NCBI RefSeq assembly: GCF_000008465.1
Contig: NC_006512.1
Span: 2,040,001 to 2,072,000 of the forward strand
From: Idiomarina loihiensis L2TR
GTDB lineage: Bacteria; Pseudomonadota; Gammaproteobacteria; Enterobacterales; Alteromonadaceae
Length of the DNA stretch: 32,000 bases
Direction: 5' to 3'
The position numbers and the translations under genes are program-made. Under the pieces are notes generated by a model, which was not told the DNA's origin, ran no database searches, and worked only from the letters and a program-made list of their open reading frames with translations. Positions 9,644-20,029 of this stretch are shown piece by piece. Position 1 is the stretch's first letter; the number at the start of each line of letters is the position of its first letter.

Positions 9644-9979
9644 CTAGCTATCTGACACGACCACAGTAATGTGGCTGGTGCGCTTAAAGATACGATCGGC
9701 ACGGCCTTTCGCCCGTGGCTTGATGCGCTTCATAGTAGGACCTTCGTCTAAAAAGACTCGGCTCACTTTAAGTTCATCAATATCCGCACCTTCGTTATGT
9801 TCCGCGTTCGCGATTGCTGACTCAAGAACTTTCTTGATTAAGCCAGCAGCTGCTTTGGGGCTGTATGCCAGGATATCCAGTGCTTTTTCTACCGGAAGTC
9901 CACGGATTTGGTCTGCGACCAAACGGCCCTTCTGCGCTGAAACGCGGGCAAATTGGTGTTTAGCAATTGCTTCCATCAC
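9644..9979 (-). CDS. rplV: 50S ribosomal protein L22
   Basis: [26 protein letters not shown]... The tandem Met start means the start may be 9976. Confidence 0.97.
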   Translation of the reverse strand: MMEAIAKHQFARVSAQKGRLVADQIRGLPVEKALDILAYSPKAAAGLIKKVLESAIANAEHNEGADIDELKVSRVFLDEGPTMKRIKPRAKGRADRIFKRTSHITVVVSDS

Positions 9980-9989
9980 TCTCTACCTC

Positions 9990-10268
9990 TTACCGTTTCT
10001 TCGCTTTCTTATCAGCAGCATGGCCGCGATAAGTACGGGTTGGCGCGAATTCGCCTAATTTATGACCGATCATTTCATCTGTCACGTAGACAGGAACGTG
10101 CTGACGACCGTTGTGAACAGCGATTGTCAGGCCGATCATATCTGGGATGATCATTGAACGACGGGACCAAGTTTTAATTGGCTTCTTTTCCCCGGCTTCC
10201 AACGCTTTCTCCACCTTATTTAGCAGGTGAAGGTCAATAAATGGACCTTTTTTAAGAGAACGTGGCAT
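9990..10268 (-). CDS. rpsS: 30S ribosomal protein S19
   Basis: [20 protein letters not shown]-type N-terminus, 92 aa. Confidence 0.98.
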
Positions 10269-10284
10269 GTTTTATCCTCAACTC

Positions 10285-11109
10285 TTATTTGTTGCGACGG
10301 CGTACGATGAACTTATCGGTACGCTTGTTTTTACGGGTTTTGTAGCCCTTGGTCGGCGTGCCCCATGGAGTCACAGGATGACGTCCACCAGAGGTACGGC
10401 CTTCACCACCACCGTGAGGGTGATCAACTGGGTTCATCGCCACACCGCGAACGGTCGGACGAATACCACGCCAGCGGTTTGCACCGGCTTTACCCAATTG
10501 ACGCAGCATGTGTTCTGCGTTGCCTACTTCACCGATAGTTGCACGACCTTCAGACTGAACGCGACGCATCTCACCTGAACGTAAACGAACAGTAACATAA
10601 GCACCGTCACGAGCAAGAATCTGGCAATAAGCACCCGCTGAACGAGCCATCTGTGCGCCTTTACCTGGCTGTAACTCTACCGCGTGAACAACACTACCCA
10701 CAGGGATGTTGCGCATTGGCAGGCTGTTACCAGGTTTGATTGGTGCGTCAACACCAGACTGGATACGATCGCCTACTGAAAGGTTTTTCGGAGCCAGAAT
10801 GTAACGGCGTTCACCGTCAGCATACAAAACTAAAGCGATATTCGCTGAACGGTTAGGATCGTATTCAATACGCTCAACCTTTGCAGGGATACCATCTTTA
10901 TTACGTTTAAAGTCGATTACACGGTAGTGGTGTTTATGACCACCGCCAATGTGACGAACCGTGATACGACCGTTATTGTTACGACCACCAGACTTGCTGT
11001 TTTTTTCCAGCAATGGTGCGTAAGGCTTGCCTTTGTACAGGTCCTGACCGACGACTTTAACGACGTGGCGTTGACCCGGAGACGTAGGCTTACTTTTAAC
11101 TACAGCCAT
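10285..11109 (-). CDS. rplB: 50S ribosomal protein L2
   Basis: [20 protein letters not shown]...GGGHKHHYR..., 274 aa. Confidence 0.98.
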
Positions 11110-11123
11110 GTTTATTCCTCCTG

Positions 11124-11426
11124 TTACTCAGCGCCGCCTGAGAAGTCAATGTCAGCACCTTCATTCAAGGCAACATACGCTTTCTTCCAGTCACTGCGTT
11201 TCCCAAAACGAGAACCAGTACGTTTGGTTTTACCCTTCACGTTGACTGTACGTACGTTTTTGACTTCAACTTCAAACAATTTTTCGACAGCCGCTTTGAT
11301 TTCGGTTTTAGTCGCATCAACAGCTACTTTAAAAACAACCGTGTTGTTATTTTCAGCAGTGTTAGTCGATTTTTCCGAAACGTGAGGTGCTAAAATCACT
11401 TTAAGCAAACGTTCTTCGCGCATCAT
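11124..11426 (-). CDS. rplW: 50S ribosomal protein L23
   Basis: M(M)[19 protein letters not shown]..., 100 aa. The start overlaps the rplD stop (ATGATG). Confidence 0.97.
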
Positions 11427-12031
11427 GATAACACCTCCTCAAGCTGCTTGACGGCGTCAGCAGTCATCAGCACTTTCTCGAAAGCAATCAGACTGACAGG
11501 GTCAATACCCTGAACATCGCGCACGTCGACTTTATGCAAGTTGCGAGAAGCTAAGAACAGGTTCTCATCAACTTCTTTTGTCACGATCAAAACGTCGTTC
11601 AGATCCATTTCTTTCAGTTTCGCTGCCAGTTGCTTTGTTTTTGGCTCATCAACACCAAACTTCTCAACAACAATCAAACGTTCCTGACGAATCAGTTCCG
11701 ACAAAATGCTTTTAATCGCACCGCGGTACATTTTTTTGTTTACTTTCTGGCTGTGATTTTGCGGTTTAGCTGCAAAAGTCGCACCACCAGAACGCCAGAT
11801 AGGACTACGGATTGTACCTGCACGGGCACGACCAGTACCTTTTTGACGCCAAGGCTTCTTACCACCACCGGCTACTTCAGAACGAGTTTTCTGAGCTTTT
11901 GTGCCCTGACGAGCACCTGCAGCGTAAGCTACAACTACTTGATGGACAAGGGCTTCATTAAACTCACGTCCAAAGGTAGCTTCGGAAACCTCAAGAGCGC
12001 CTTTTGCGTCTTTCAATGTTAATTCCATCAC
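11423..12031 (-). CDS. rplD: 50S ribosomal protein L4
   Basis: [43 protein letters not shown]..., near-identical architecture to E. coli L4. The start may be the second Met (12028). Confidence 0.98.
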   Translation of the reverse strand: MMELTLKDAKGALEVSEATFGREFNEALVHQVVVAYAAGARQGTKAQKTRSEVAGGGKKPWRQKGTGRARAGTIRSPIWRSGGATFAAKPQNHSQKVNKKMYRGAIKSILSELIRQERLIVVEKFGVDEPKTKQLAAKLKEMDLNDVLIVTKEVDENLFLASRNLHKVDVRDVQGIDPVSLIAFEKVLMTADAVKQLEEVLS

Positions 12032-12046
12032 TATTCTCCTCAGACG

Positions 12047-12685
12047 TTATGCCTTGACCGCTGGTTTAACGATCACATCACTTCCGGTTGCACCCGGGAC
12101 CGCACCTTTGATCAACAACAAGCTGCGCTCTGCATCAACCCGAACTAATTCAAGTGATTGCGTAGTGACTTGCTCATTACCCATCTGACCAGCCATTTTC
12201 TTGCCTTTGAATACTTTACCAGGCGACTGGTTTTGACCGATTGAACCCGGTGCACGGTGAGATAATGAGTTACCATGAGTAGCGTCCTGCATGCTGAAGT
12301 TCCAGCGCTTCACAGTACCGGCAAAGCCTTTACCTTTTGAAGTACCAGTAACGTCTACTTTGTTAACTTCTGCAAAAATATCAACAGTCAGTTCAGAACC
12401 TACTGCGTAATCTTCGCCTTCGCCATTTTGCAGGCGGAATTCCCAAAGACCACGACCAGCCTCTGTACCAGCTTTAGCAAAGTGACCTGCTAAAGGCTTG
12501 GTTACACGGCTCGCTTTCTTCTCGCCTGTGGTTACTTGAAGGGCACGGTAACCGTCAGTGTCATCAGATTTAACCTGAGTCACACGGTTCGCCAGCACTT
12601 CGATCACAGTAACAGGAACAGAAGCGCCGTCTTCCTGGAAGACACGCGTCATTCCTACTTTACGACCGACTAGACCTATAGCCAT
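12047..12685 (-). CDS. rplC: 50S ribosomal protein L3
   Basis: [16 protein letters not shown]..., 212 aa. Confidence 0.98.
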   Translation of the reverse strand: MAIGLVGRKVGMTRVFQEDGASVPVTVIEVLANRVTQVKSDDTDGYRALQVTTGEKKASRVTKPLAGHFAKAGTEAGRGLWEFRLQNGEGEDYAVGSELTVDIFAEVNKVDVTGTSKGKGFAGTVKRWNFSMQDATHGNSLSHRAPGSIGQNQSPGKVFKGKKMAGQMGNEQVTTQSLELVRVDAERSLLLIKGAVPGATGSDVIVKPAVKA

Positions 12686-12723
12686 TGTTAAAACCTCTCG
12701 TGTGTAATCCTATTACTGCCCAC

Positions 12724-13205
<482 letters not shown>

Positions 13206-13211
13206 CCGCGA

Positions 13212-13239
13212 ATTATACCGATTCACGGCCTGGTGTCAA
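13212..13239 (-). promoter_or_regulatory. S10 operon sigma70 promoter (TTGACA, 16 bp, TATAAT)
   Basis: Minus strand has -35 TTGACA at 13239-13234 and -10 TATAAT at 13217-13212. Both hexamers are perfect consensus, located just downstream of the dipeptidase stop codon. Confidence 0.75.
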
Positions 13240-13243
13240 GGCC

Positions 13244-14467
13244 TTAATGTGTTTTGGCGTAGTCTTCAACCTGCTCCCAAACACGCATTAAATTACCACC
13301 CAGAATCATTTCAATTTCTTTATCTGAGTACCCTCTGTCCATCAACCCCTGAACAAGATTTGGATAGCTAGATACGTCTTTTAGTCCAACAGGTAAGGAA
13401 TCACCAACACCATCGTAGTCGGAGCCAATACCGATATGTTCAACCCCAATCAAATCACGTACATGATCGATATGGTCTAAAACGGTATCTACAGTCGCAA
13501 AGGGGTACGGATTATTAGCTTCAATGTCCTTAATGCGACGTTTCGCTTCGTCGCTGTCTTCGCCATATTGCTCTTTTACTGCGGTAATCCGCTTTTTCAT
13601 CATGTCACGGTAACGGTTGGCCTGCTCAGCCAAAAACGACGAACCAAAGTTAATTTGGATAACGCCCTCATTTTTCGCTAAGGCCTTTAGCATGTCATCG
13701 CTCATATTACGTTCAAAACCCGGAGTGTAAGAGCGCAGCGACGAATGCGACGCAATGACCGGAGCGTCACTAATTTCAACCGCCTGATAAAACGCCTCAT
13801 CGGAAATGTGCGACACATCAACCATAACCCCTACCTTATTCATTTCTTTGACCAATTTTTTACCGAATGGACTTAAGCCATCCCATTGACGGCGAATGTC
13901 ATAAGAAGAGTCTGAAATGTGATTAGATAATGAGTGAGCCAGAGTAATGTAGCGAATACCGCGCTCATAGAACATACGCAGGTTGTCAAGATCGCCTTCG
14001 ATAGGAGTGCCGTTTTCCATGCCCAAAGCAATTGACATCAAGCCTTGCTCTTTATTTTCGCGGATATCATCAGTGCTATAAGCCATTGCGAACTTATCTG
14101 GTGCACGTCCGACAAGCGCTTCCATACCGTCGATAAGCTCATGAGCCAACTGAACACTGCCGCCACTCTCTTCATAAGAGGCCGGAATATAAATAGACAT
14201 AAACGGGGCATCGAGGCCACCTTCTACTGCACGCGGGTAGTCAAAATCCCCTTCTGCAGTGGCCTCTGTTACATCTTCCCACTTATCATGAATTCGATAA
14301 GGTACATCAATATGTGTGTCTATTAGTAAATACTGCTTCGCCAATTTTTCAGCTTTGTCACTAGCGGTATATTCCGCTTGTTCAGAAACGTTGGTTGCGG
14401 CTTGCCCCGCTGTTGCACAACCGGTAATAACGGCCAGTACAGAAGCGGCTATCAGAGACTTCATCAT
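13244..14467 (-). CDS. Membrane dipeptidase (peptidase family M19), predicted lipoprotein
   Basis: 407 aa with a lipobox (LAVITGCA). It carries renal-dipeptidase-like motifs (IDTHIDVPY, ...VDVSHISD..., IGSDYDG). An SD (AGAGGA) precedes the ATG. Confidence 0.85.
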   Translation of the reverse strand: MMKSLIAASVLAVITGCATAGQAATNVSEQAEYTASDKAEKLAKQYLLIDTHIDVPYRIHDKWEDVTEATAEGDFDYPRAVEGGLDAPFMSIYIPASYEESGGSVQLAHELIDGMEALVGRAPDKFAMAYSTDDIRENKEQGLMSIALGMENGTPIEGDLDNLRMFYERGIRYITLAHSLSNHISDSSYDIRRQWDGLSPFGKKLVKEMNKVGVMVDVSHISDEAFYQAVEISDAPVIASHSSLRSYTPGFERNMSDDMLKALAKNEGVIQINFGSSFLAEQANRYRDMMKKRITAVKEQYGEDSDEAKRRIKDIEANNPYPFATVDTVLDHIDHVRDLIGVEHIGIGSDYDGVGDSLPVGLKDVSSYPNLVQGLMDRGYSDKEIEMILGGNLMRVWEQVEDYAKTH

Positions 14468-14638
14468 ACGTATTCCTCTTTTTATTTTTATACGAGATAT
14501 ACGCAGAGTAGCAAAAGTCTAGCTGTGCCGCATTACTGATACGCTGAAACTTATGACAGCGCCGACAATCAAGGTTCCTAATACCGGTGCCGCCAACCAA
14601 ATGAGCCACCATTGATCTAATAAAATCACGGGAGCCCC

Positions 14639-14896
14639 TTACTGAGACTGCTTATTCTTTTGTTCAGAAGGGTCAATCTGAGTTTCAGCTTGCTTTAAAT
14701 CAGGCAAAAACTCTATAACCCACTCTTCAATTGACTCTGAAACCGACTGTTTGACACTTTGCATCGCTTCTTCAGAAATTTCAGCAATCTGAGCTTGAAG
14801 CTCAGCAGTGATAGAATCTCTATTCTCATCGGCAGCTGAGACCGATGCACTGAACAACATAACACCACTGACAACACTTACGATTAACGCTTTCAT
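14639..14896 (-). CDS. Small secreted acidic protein of unknown function
   Basis: 85 aa with a clear signal peptide (MKALIVSVVSGVMLFSASVSA/AD). A strong SD (AAGGAG) lies 7 nt upstream. I recognise no family. Confidence 0.65.
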   Translation of the reverse strand: MKALIVSVVSGVMLFSASVSAADENRDSITAELQAQIAEISEEAMQSVKQSVSESIEEWVIEFLPDLKQAETQIDPSEQKNKQSQ

Positions 14897-15068
14897 GATT
14901 TTCTCCTTTGAATAAATGACAGTGCGTTAGTTAAGTCACACTATGTAATTCAAAGGTTGTGCCATCTTTTTAAATGTTGCTAACCATTTGTTATATAATC
15001 ACTTTTTATTTTTAACTGAGAGAAAGAAGATTTCTCAGGTTAGTGTTTTTCACCAACTTTTAGTCAAT

Positions 15069-16076
15069 TTATGACGTTAATGATGATACGTGCTGACTGT
15101 GATCATCGCGAAAAGCCAGAGCACCATAAAGCAGTTGTTCGGCGCTGGTGGCTCTGGGGCCTTTCACACTAAGATACTGGCGCCACCGCTTACCTCCGGT
15201 CATTCCCTGAAACAGTCCCAGCATATGGCGGGCCACATGCCAGGCGCGCCCGCCCTGTCGAATATGGTTGTCTATATAAGGTATCATCGCGGTAACTACA
15301 GCCTCACGAGTTAACTCTGCCGGCTTCGTTTCACTCAAAGAATCAAGCTGAGTAAGTAACCAGGGATTTTGGTAGGCTGCCCGGCCAATCATCACCCCAT
15401 GGACCTGGTTTAAATGCTGCTTAACCTCATGCAATTCGACAATTCCGCCGTTAATCGCCACGGGGACATCAGGGTATCTTTTTTGGGCCCGGTAAACCCG
15501 TTCATACTGCAATTCAGGAATATCCCGGTTTTCTTTCGGGCTAAGGCCTTGCAGCCAGGCTTTACGGGCATGCAAAGTCAGTTGATCAACACCAGCAGCA
15601 ACAACGGCATCGGTTAATTCATATAGAAAGTCATCAGAATCCTGCTCATCAATGCCCAAACGGGTTTTTACGGTAACCGGAATATCGGTTACCGCTTTCA
15701 TTGCCTTTACGCATTCAGCAACTTTTTCCGGTTGAGCCATCAAGCACGCGCCAAAGCTACCATTTTGCACTCGGTCAGATGGGCAACCGACATTAATATT
15801 AACCTCATCGTACCCCCGCTCTTGTGCCAAACGCGCGCACTCGGCCATAGCCGCGGGCTCCGAACCTCCCAGCTGCAAAGCAACCGGATGTTCCTCTGCA
15901 TTGAATGCCAGAAAATCCTGCTGACCAAAAATAATCGCACCTGTCGTTACCATCTCGGTATAAAGCAAGGTACTCCTGGTCAGGAGACGATGAAAATACC
16001 GGCAATGGCGATCGGTCCAGTCCAGCATCGGGGCTACAGAAAGCTTATAAGAATATGGTTCGGTCAAAACATCCAC
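15069..16076 (-). CDS. dusA: tRNA-dihydrouridine(20/20a) synthase DusA
   Basis: ...KLSVAPMLDWTDRHCRYFHRLLT..., a TIM-barrel Dus family protein of 335 aa. The ORF-track start at 16076 is a GTG without a good SD, so the exact start is uncertain. Confidence 0.92.
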   Translation of the reverse strand: MDVLTEPYSYKLSVAPMLDWTDRHCRYFHRLLTRSTLLYTEMVTTGAIIFGQQDFLAFNAEEHPVALQLGGSEPAAMAECARLAQERGYDEVNINVGCPSDRVQNGSFGACLMAQPEKVAECVKAMKAVTDIPVTVKTRLGIDEQDSDDFLYELTDAVVAAGVDQLTLHARKAWLQGLSPKENRDIPELQYERVYRAQKRYPDVPVAINGGIVELHEVKQHLNQVHGVMIGRAAYQNPWLLTQLDSLSETKPAELTREAVVTAMIPYIDNHIRQGGRAWHVARHMLGLFQGMTGGKRWRQYLSVKGPRATSAEQLLYGALAFRDDHSQHVSSLTS

Positions 16077-16224
16077 CCGGTAAAAAGTTAACCGACAAAG
16101 TCAGTATATTTAGCAGACTATTTTAACTCAGAATACACCAGTAAGCAGCCTCTTCCGTAAAACCCTTTTCCTTACCCCTAAAACTCTCTACAATGACTAA
16201 AATGGTCATAAATTGTAGTCAATA

Positions 16225-16665
16225 ATGAAAGCTCAAGAAGCACAACGACTTATACAAAAAGCTGAAAAACTCTGCCAACAACGTGGTGCCCGCCTGACAA
16301 ATGCCCGCCGCGAAGTTTTCGCGATACTCGCAGAGCATTCAGGAGCCGTCGGCGCATATGATTTACTTGATCAACTGCGGGAAGTCATGCCCAATGCAAA
16401 ACCCCCGACAATCTACCGCGCTTTAGACTTTTTACAAGAACAAGGCTTCGTTCATAAAATCACTTCGTCGAATAGTTTTGTTCTTTGCTCGCATTTCGAC
16501 CATCAACATCCGGTTCAAATGTTAATCTGCAGTTCCTGCGGCGATGTTCAGGAAATTCAGTCCGAAGGGGTTTATGACGAATTGAAACATCAAGCCGAAG
16601 ATCAAGGGTTTAAGGTTCAGAGCCAAACTATAGAAGCACATGGTTTGTGCACTAAATGCCTTTAA
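16225..16665 (+). CDS. zur: Zinc uptake regulator, Fur family
   Basis: 146 aa with a winged-helix N-terminus, a CSSCG...CTKC cysteine pair and HFDHQH. It is divergent from dusA, as in E. coli. Confidence 0.85.
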   Translation: MKAQEAQRLIQKAEKLCQQRGARLTNARREVFAILAEHSGAVGAYDLLDQLREVMPNAKPPTIYRALDFLQEQGFVHKITSSNSFVLCSHFDHQHPVQMLICSSCGDVQEIQSEGVYDELKHQAEDQGFKVQSQTIEAHGLCTKCL

Positions 16666-16701
16666 TATTAGCGCTATTAAATAATAACAATAGGTAACAC
16701 T

Positions 16702-19032
16702 ATGAAGCTCAATCATCTTATTGCCACTGCAGCGGTTTGTTTAACCGTTAATCAGGCGGCAACCGCTCAAGCTTTTGAAGATAAATTCCGCCAGCTTAAC
16801 GATGATAAATTCCGTAGTCCGAACATTTATCGTACGGCGTCCGGTGCTCCCGGACATGCTTACTGGCAACAGGAAGCGGACTACAAAATTGAGGTTGCTC
16901 TGGACGATGAGAATCAGAGTATTACGGCACAAAGCACCATAACGTACACCAATAACTCCCCCGATACTTTGCGCTATTTATGGGTTCAACTTGACCAGAA
17001 CCGCTTTAAGAAAGACTCCATTGGGCCGCAGAGTCAAGCCTCCGGAGATTTAGACCGAGTTAGCTTTTCCAGAATGGAAAGCATGCTCACTCAGGAAGAG
17101 TTTCCGGCCGGTTATGAGCTTACAGAAATCAGTAACGAAGATGGTGAACCTTTAGCACATTACGTTAATGACACTATGCTAAGGCTGGATCTGGATGAGC
17201 CCCTTAAAAGCGGCGAAAGTGTCACTTTTAATATCAACTGGCAGTTCAATATTATCGAAGCTGAAGTACTTGGTGGTCGCGGCGGTTATGAGTACTTTGA
17301 AGACGACGGAAACTACCTGTATGAGATGGCACAGTGGTTCCCTCGTATGGCCGCATATTACGACGCTGAAGGTTGGCAGAATAAACAGTTTATCGGCAAC
17401 GGAGAGTTCGCTTTAGAGTTTGGTGATTATCGCGTAGAGATAACGGTTCCGGCGGATCATATTGTAGCCTCTACTGGTGTTTTGCAAAATCCCGATGAAG
17501 TACTCACTTCTACTCAGCGTGAACGCCTGGAAAAAGCCCGTAATTCAGACAAGCCGGTAAAAATTGTCACTGAAGAAGAGGCATTAGAAAATCAGAAGGA
17601 AAGCACCAGCAATACTAAAACCTGGATTTTCGAAGCAGATAAAGTTCGTGACTTTGCCTGGGCTTCGTCGCGCAAGTTTATCTGGGACGCGCAAGGTTAC
17701 AAAAAGAACGATACCAATGTGCTGGCTATGTCGTATTACCCTGAAGAGGGCAATCCATTATGGGAACGTTACTCGACCGCTTCTATTATTCACACAATTG
17801 AGCACTATAACGATTACAGCTTTGACTATCCTTATCCTGTCGCTATATCGGTAAACGGCCCTGTTGGTGGTATGGAATACCCGATGATTACCTTTAATGG
17901 TCCGCGCCCTTACGTTGATGAGGATTCAGGTGAGAAATACTACTCTAAACGCACCAAATACGGTCTAATTTCTGTAATCATCCACGAAATTGGTCACATT
18001 TACTTTCCTATGGTAGTTAACTCTGATGAACGCCAGTGGACCTGGATGGATGAAGGTATCAATACTTACCTACAGTTTCTGGCTGAACAAAAATGGGAAA
18101 AAGATTATCCGTCGTGGCGCGGTGAACCGCGTAACATTACCAGTTACATGGCCAGCAGTAACCAAATGCCTATTATGACCAACTCAGAGTCGATTCTGCA
18201 ATTTGGTAATAATGCCTACGGAAAGCCAGCTACAGCACTTAATATATTACGTGAAACTATCGTTGGCCGTGAGCTCTTTGATTTCGCTTTCCGTCAGTAT
18301 GCGCAGCGTTGGAAATTTAAACGTCCTACACCAGAAGACTTATTCAGAACCATAGAAGATGCTTCCGGCGTTGATTTAGACTGGTTCTGGAGAGGCTGGT
18401 TCTACTCTACTGACCATGTCGATATCGCCCTTGAGCAAGTCAATCAGTTGACTATTAATACGCAAGATCCGGAAATCGAAAAAGCATGGCAAGAACAGCA
18501 AGAAAATGCTGAGCCAGAGTCTTTGACAACTCAGCGTAATGCCGACGTTAATTATAAAATTCATCAGCAACCGGATCTTACTGACTTTTATAATGAGAAC
18601 GACGACTACACTGTCACTAACGCTGACCGAAACAAATATCAAGAGCTGATAGAGGGGCTTAACGAAGAGCAGCGGGAAATGCTGAAGAACGGCAGCAACT
18701 TCTACGTACTTGATTTCGTCAATAAAGGCGGCTTAGTTATGCCTATTTTACTAGATCTTCAGTTTGAAGATGGCAGTAAAGAACATGTTCGCATTCCGGC
18801 CGAAGTATGGCGTCGCTCTCCAGAAAAGGTGAGCAAGTTATTAATTCGCGATAAAACTTTGACTCAAGTCGTTGTTGACCCTAACTGGGAGACGGCAGAT
18901 GTTGATACCAGTAACAACTACTGGCCAGCCAGAGCAGTGCCATCCCGGATTGAACTGTTTAAGCGTGAAGACCGTAATAAGAGCATGATGGAAGACTTCA
19001 ACGAGGAGTTGGAGTCGGGCAACGATGATTAA
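16702..19032 (+). CDS. Secreted M1-family (gluzincin) zinc metallopeptidase
   Basis: Signal peptide (...NQAATAQA/FE). GGMEYP is a GxMEN-type exopeptidase motif. HEIGH (nt 17983-17997) is followed by E after 18 residues (WMDEG). 776 aa. Confidence 0.88.
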   Translation: MKLNHLIATAAVCLTVNQAATAQAFEDKFRQLNDDKFRSPNIYRTASGAPGHAYWQQEADYKIEVALDDENQSITAQSTITYTNNSPDTLRYLWVQLDQNRFKKDSIGPQSQASGDLDRVSFSRMESMLTQEEFPAGYELTEISNEDGEPLAHYVNDTMLRLDLDEPLKSGESVTFNINWQFNIIEAEVLGGRGGYEYFEDDGNYLYEMAQWFPRMAAYYDAEGWQNKQFIGNGEFALEFGDYRVEITVPADHIVASTGVLQNPDEVLTSTQRERLEKARNSDKPVKIVTEEEALENQKESTSNTKTWIFEADKVRDFAWASSRKFIWDAQGYKKNDTNVLAMSYYPEEGNPLWERYSTASIIHTIEHYNDYSFDYPYPVAISVNGPVGGMEYPMITFNGPRPYVDEDSGEKYYSKRTKYGLISVIIHEIGHIYFPMVVNSDERQWTWMDEGINTYLQFLAEQKWEKDYPSWRGEPRNITSYMASSNQMPIMTNSESILQFGNNAYGKPATALNILRETIVGRELFDFAFRQYAQRWKFKRPTPEDLFRTIEDASGVDLDWFWRGWFYSTDHVDIALEQVNQLTINTQDPEIEKAWQEQQENAEPESLTTQRNADVNYKIHQQPDLTDFYNENDDYTVTNADRNKYQELIEGLNEEQREMLKNGSNFYVLDFVNKGGLVMPILLDLQFEDGSKEHVRIPAEVWRRSPEKVSKLLIRDKTLTQVVVDPNWETADVDTSNNYWPARAVPSRIELFKREDRNKSMMEDFNEELESGNDD

Positions 19033-19531
19033 ACTTGTTGCTGCTATTGTTTTTTTGTTCGCGCTGATACCTTCTGTATCAGCGCATCGCTATTTTTTTG
19101 GGTTAACCGAAATAAGTGCGAATAAAAACACCCAAGCAATAGAAATTATTCATCAGTATACTTTGCATGACGTACAACAAGTGCTTAAAAAGCGGCTGGG
19201 AAAGGCTTTTAGACTGGAAGAAGAAGGTTCTGAAAAACATATCAGAGACTGGATAACTGAAAAGTTTCAACTGGTAAACTCGCAAGGAAATAAAGTTGAG
19301 CCAAACTGGGTAGGTTTTGAAGCTGACTACCAGAAAATTTGGGTTTATCAGGAGATACCGAAGCGTGATAACCTGTGTGGGTGGGATGTTTCAAATAAGC
19401 TATTAATGGATAGCTTTTCTGCCCAGGTAAATACTATCAATGTCGTCGATGATCATGGCAATCGTAGCCTAATTCTGACCATTGAAAATACATCTGACAC
19501 AATTACGTGCCAGCAAGAGATAAAGGAATAG
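19025..19531 (+). CDS. Secreted protein, DUF6702-like (family assignment from memory)
   Basis: 168 aa with signal peptide (...IPSVSA/HRYFFGLTEI...). It overlaps the peptidase stop by 8 nt. The H-x-(F/Y)-(F/Y)...T.I N-terminus and the NKLLMDSFSAQVNTINV segment resemble DUF6702 proteins as I recall them. Confidence 0.6.
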   Translation: MIKLVAAIVFLFALIPSVSAHRYFFGLTEISANKNTQAIEIIHQYTLHDVQQVLKKRLGKAFRLEEEGSEKHIRDWITEKFQLVNSQGNKVEPNWVGFEADYQKIWVYQEIPKRDNLCGWDVSNKLLMDSFSAQVNTINVVDDHGNRSLILTIENTSDTITCQQEIKE

Positions 19532-19534
19532 AAA

Positions 19535-20005
19535 ATGAATGCCGAGTTCGTAAACCCATTTCTTCAAGCACTGCAAAATGTCTTGTCGATGATGGCTCAA
19601 ATGGAATTGAAGCCCGGTAAAGCTCAACTAAAAAAGGATGAGTACGCGCGGGGCGATGTATCAGGCGTCATCGGTATGGTGGGCCCACAGATAAAAGGAT
19701 CATTCTCAATTTCATTTGAGGAAAATCTGGCCTGTGAAATCATGAATAAAATGTTAGGTGAGTTACCAAACTCAATTAACGAAGATGTCTGTGATATGGT
19801 CGGCGAAATCACGAATATGGTTACCGGCGGAGCCAAAAAGACACTAGGTGAAAAAGGTTACGATTTTGATATGGCTACTCCAATTGTGGTTTCAGGTAAA
19901 GACCATACCATTTCTCATAAATCTGAAGGCTCAAAATTAATCATGCCATTCAACCACGTTGCCGGCAAAGCTTACATAGAAATATGCTTCGATAAAATCA
20001 AATAG
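19535..20005 (+). CDS. CheX-like (CheC/CheX/FliY superfamily) protein, stand-alone
   Basis: 156 aa, MNAEFVNPFL...GDVSGVIGMVGP...MVGEITNMVTGGAKK..., typical of single-domain CheX annotated proteins in Vibrio- and Shewanella-type genomes. It starts 3 nt after the preceding stop. Confidence 0.7.
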   Translation: MNAEFVNPFLQALQNVLSMMAQMELKPGKAQLKKDEYARGDVSGVIGMVGPQIKGSFSISFEENLACEIMNKMLGELPNSINEDVCDMVGEITNMVTGGAKKTLGEKGYDFDMATPIVVSGKDHTISHKSEGSKLIMPFNHVAGKAYIEICFDKIK

Positions 20006-20029
20006 CGACGACTAATAACGCTCGTCGCT
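20004..20029. terminator. Hairpin AGCGACGA-N10-TCGTCGCT spanning the convergent cheX-like and dnaB stop codons
   Basis: An 8-bp inverted repeat was read directly. There is no clear T-tract on either side. Confidence 0.35.

Noticed and set aside
9669-12022. Long plus-strand ORFs (9669-10058, 10267-10578, 10927-11385, 11630-12022) and similar ones elsewhere (8191-8409, 8519-8707, 12826-13041).
   Set aside because: They lie antisense to unmistakable ribosomal-protein genes. They have odd, low-complexity compositions (Thr/Arg/Phe-rich) and no ribosome-binding sites. These are shadow ORFs of highly biased coding sequence.
8337-12031. Tandem ATG-ATG starts on rpmC, rplV, rplW and rplD.
   Set aside because: In each case one of the two ATGs matches the E. 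coli N-terminus, and the other falls in the stop/start overlap or SD spacing of the upstream gene. This is ordinary translational-coupling geometry and start-site ambiguity, not a distinct feature.
14382-14612. A 76-aa minus-strand ORF spanning the dipeptidase start region.
   Set aside because: It overlaps the dipeptidase signal-peptide codons in another frame, has a Cys/Arg-rich composition, and lacks an SD. The region more plausibly holds the dipeptidase promoter (TTGCTA-16-TATAAA, about 14487-14514).
16077-16224. A possible Zur box or operator in the dusA-zur divergent region, the imperfect palindrome CTACAATGAC-N-GTCATAAATTGTAG at 16188-16218. I also checked the 16666-16701 gap.
   Set aside because: It does not resemble the known gammaproteobacterial Zur box (GAAATGTTATAWTATAACATTTC type). 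The TACAAT within it is more simply the zur -10 element. Only an 8-bp TAGCGCTA palindrome occurs before the peptidase gene.
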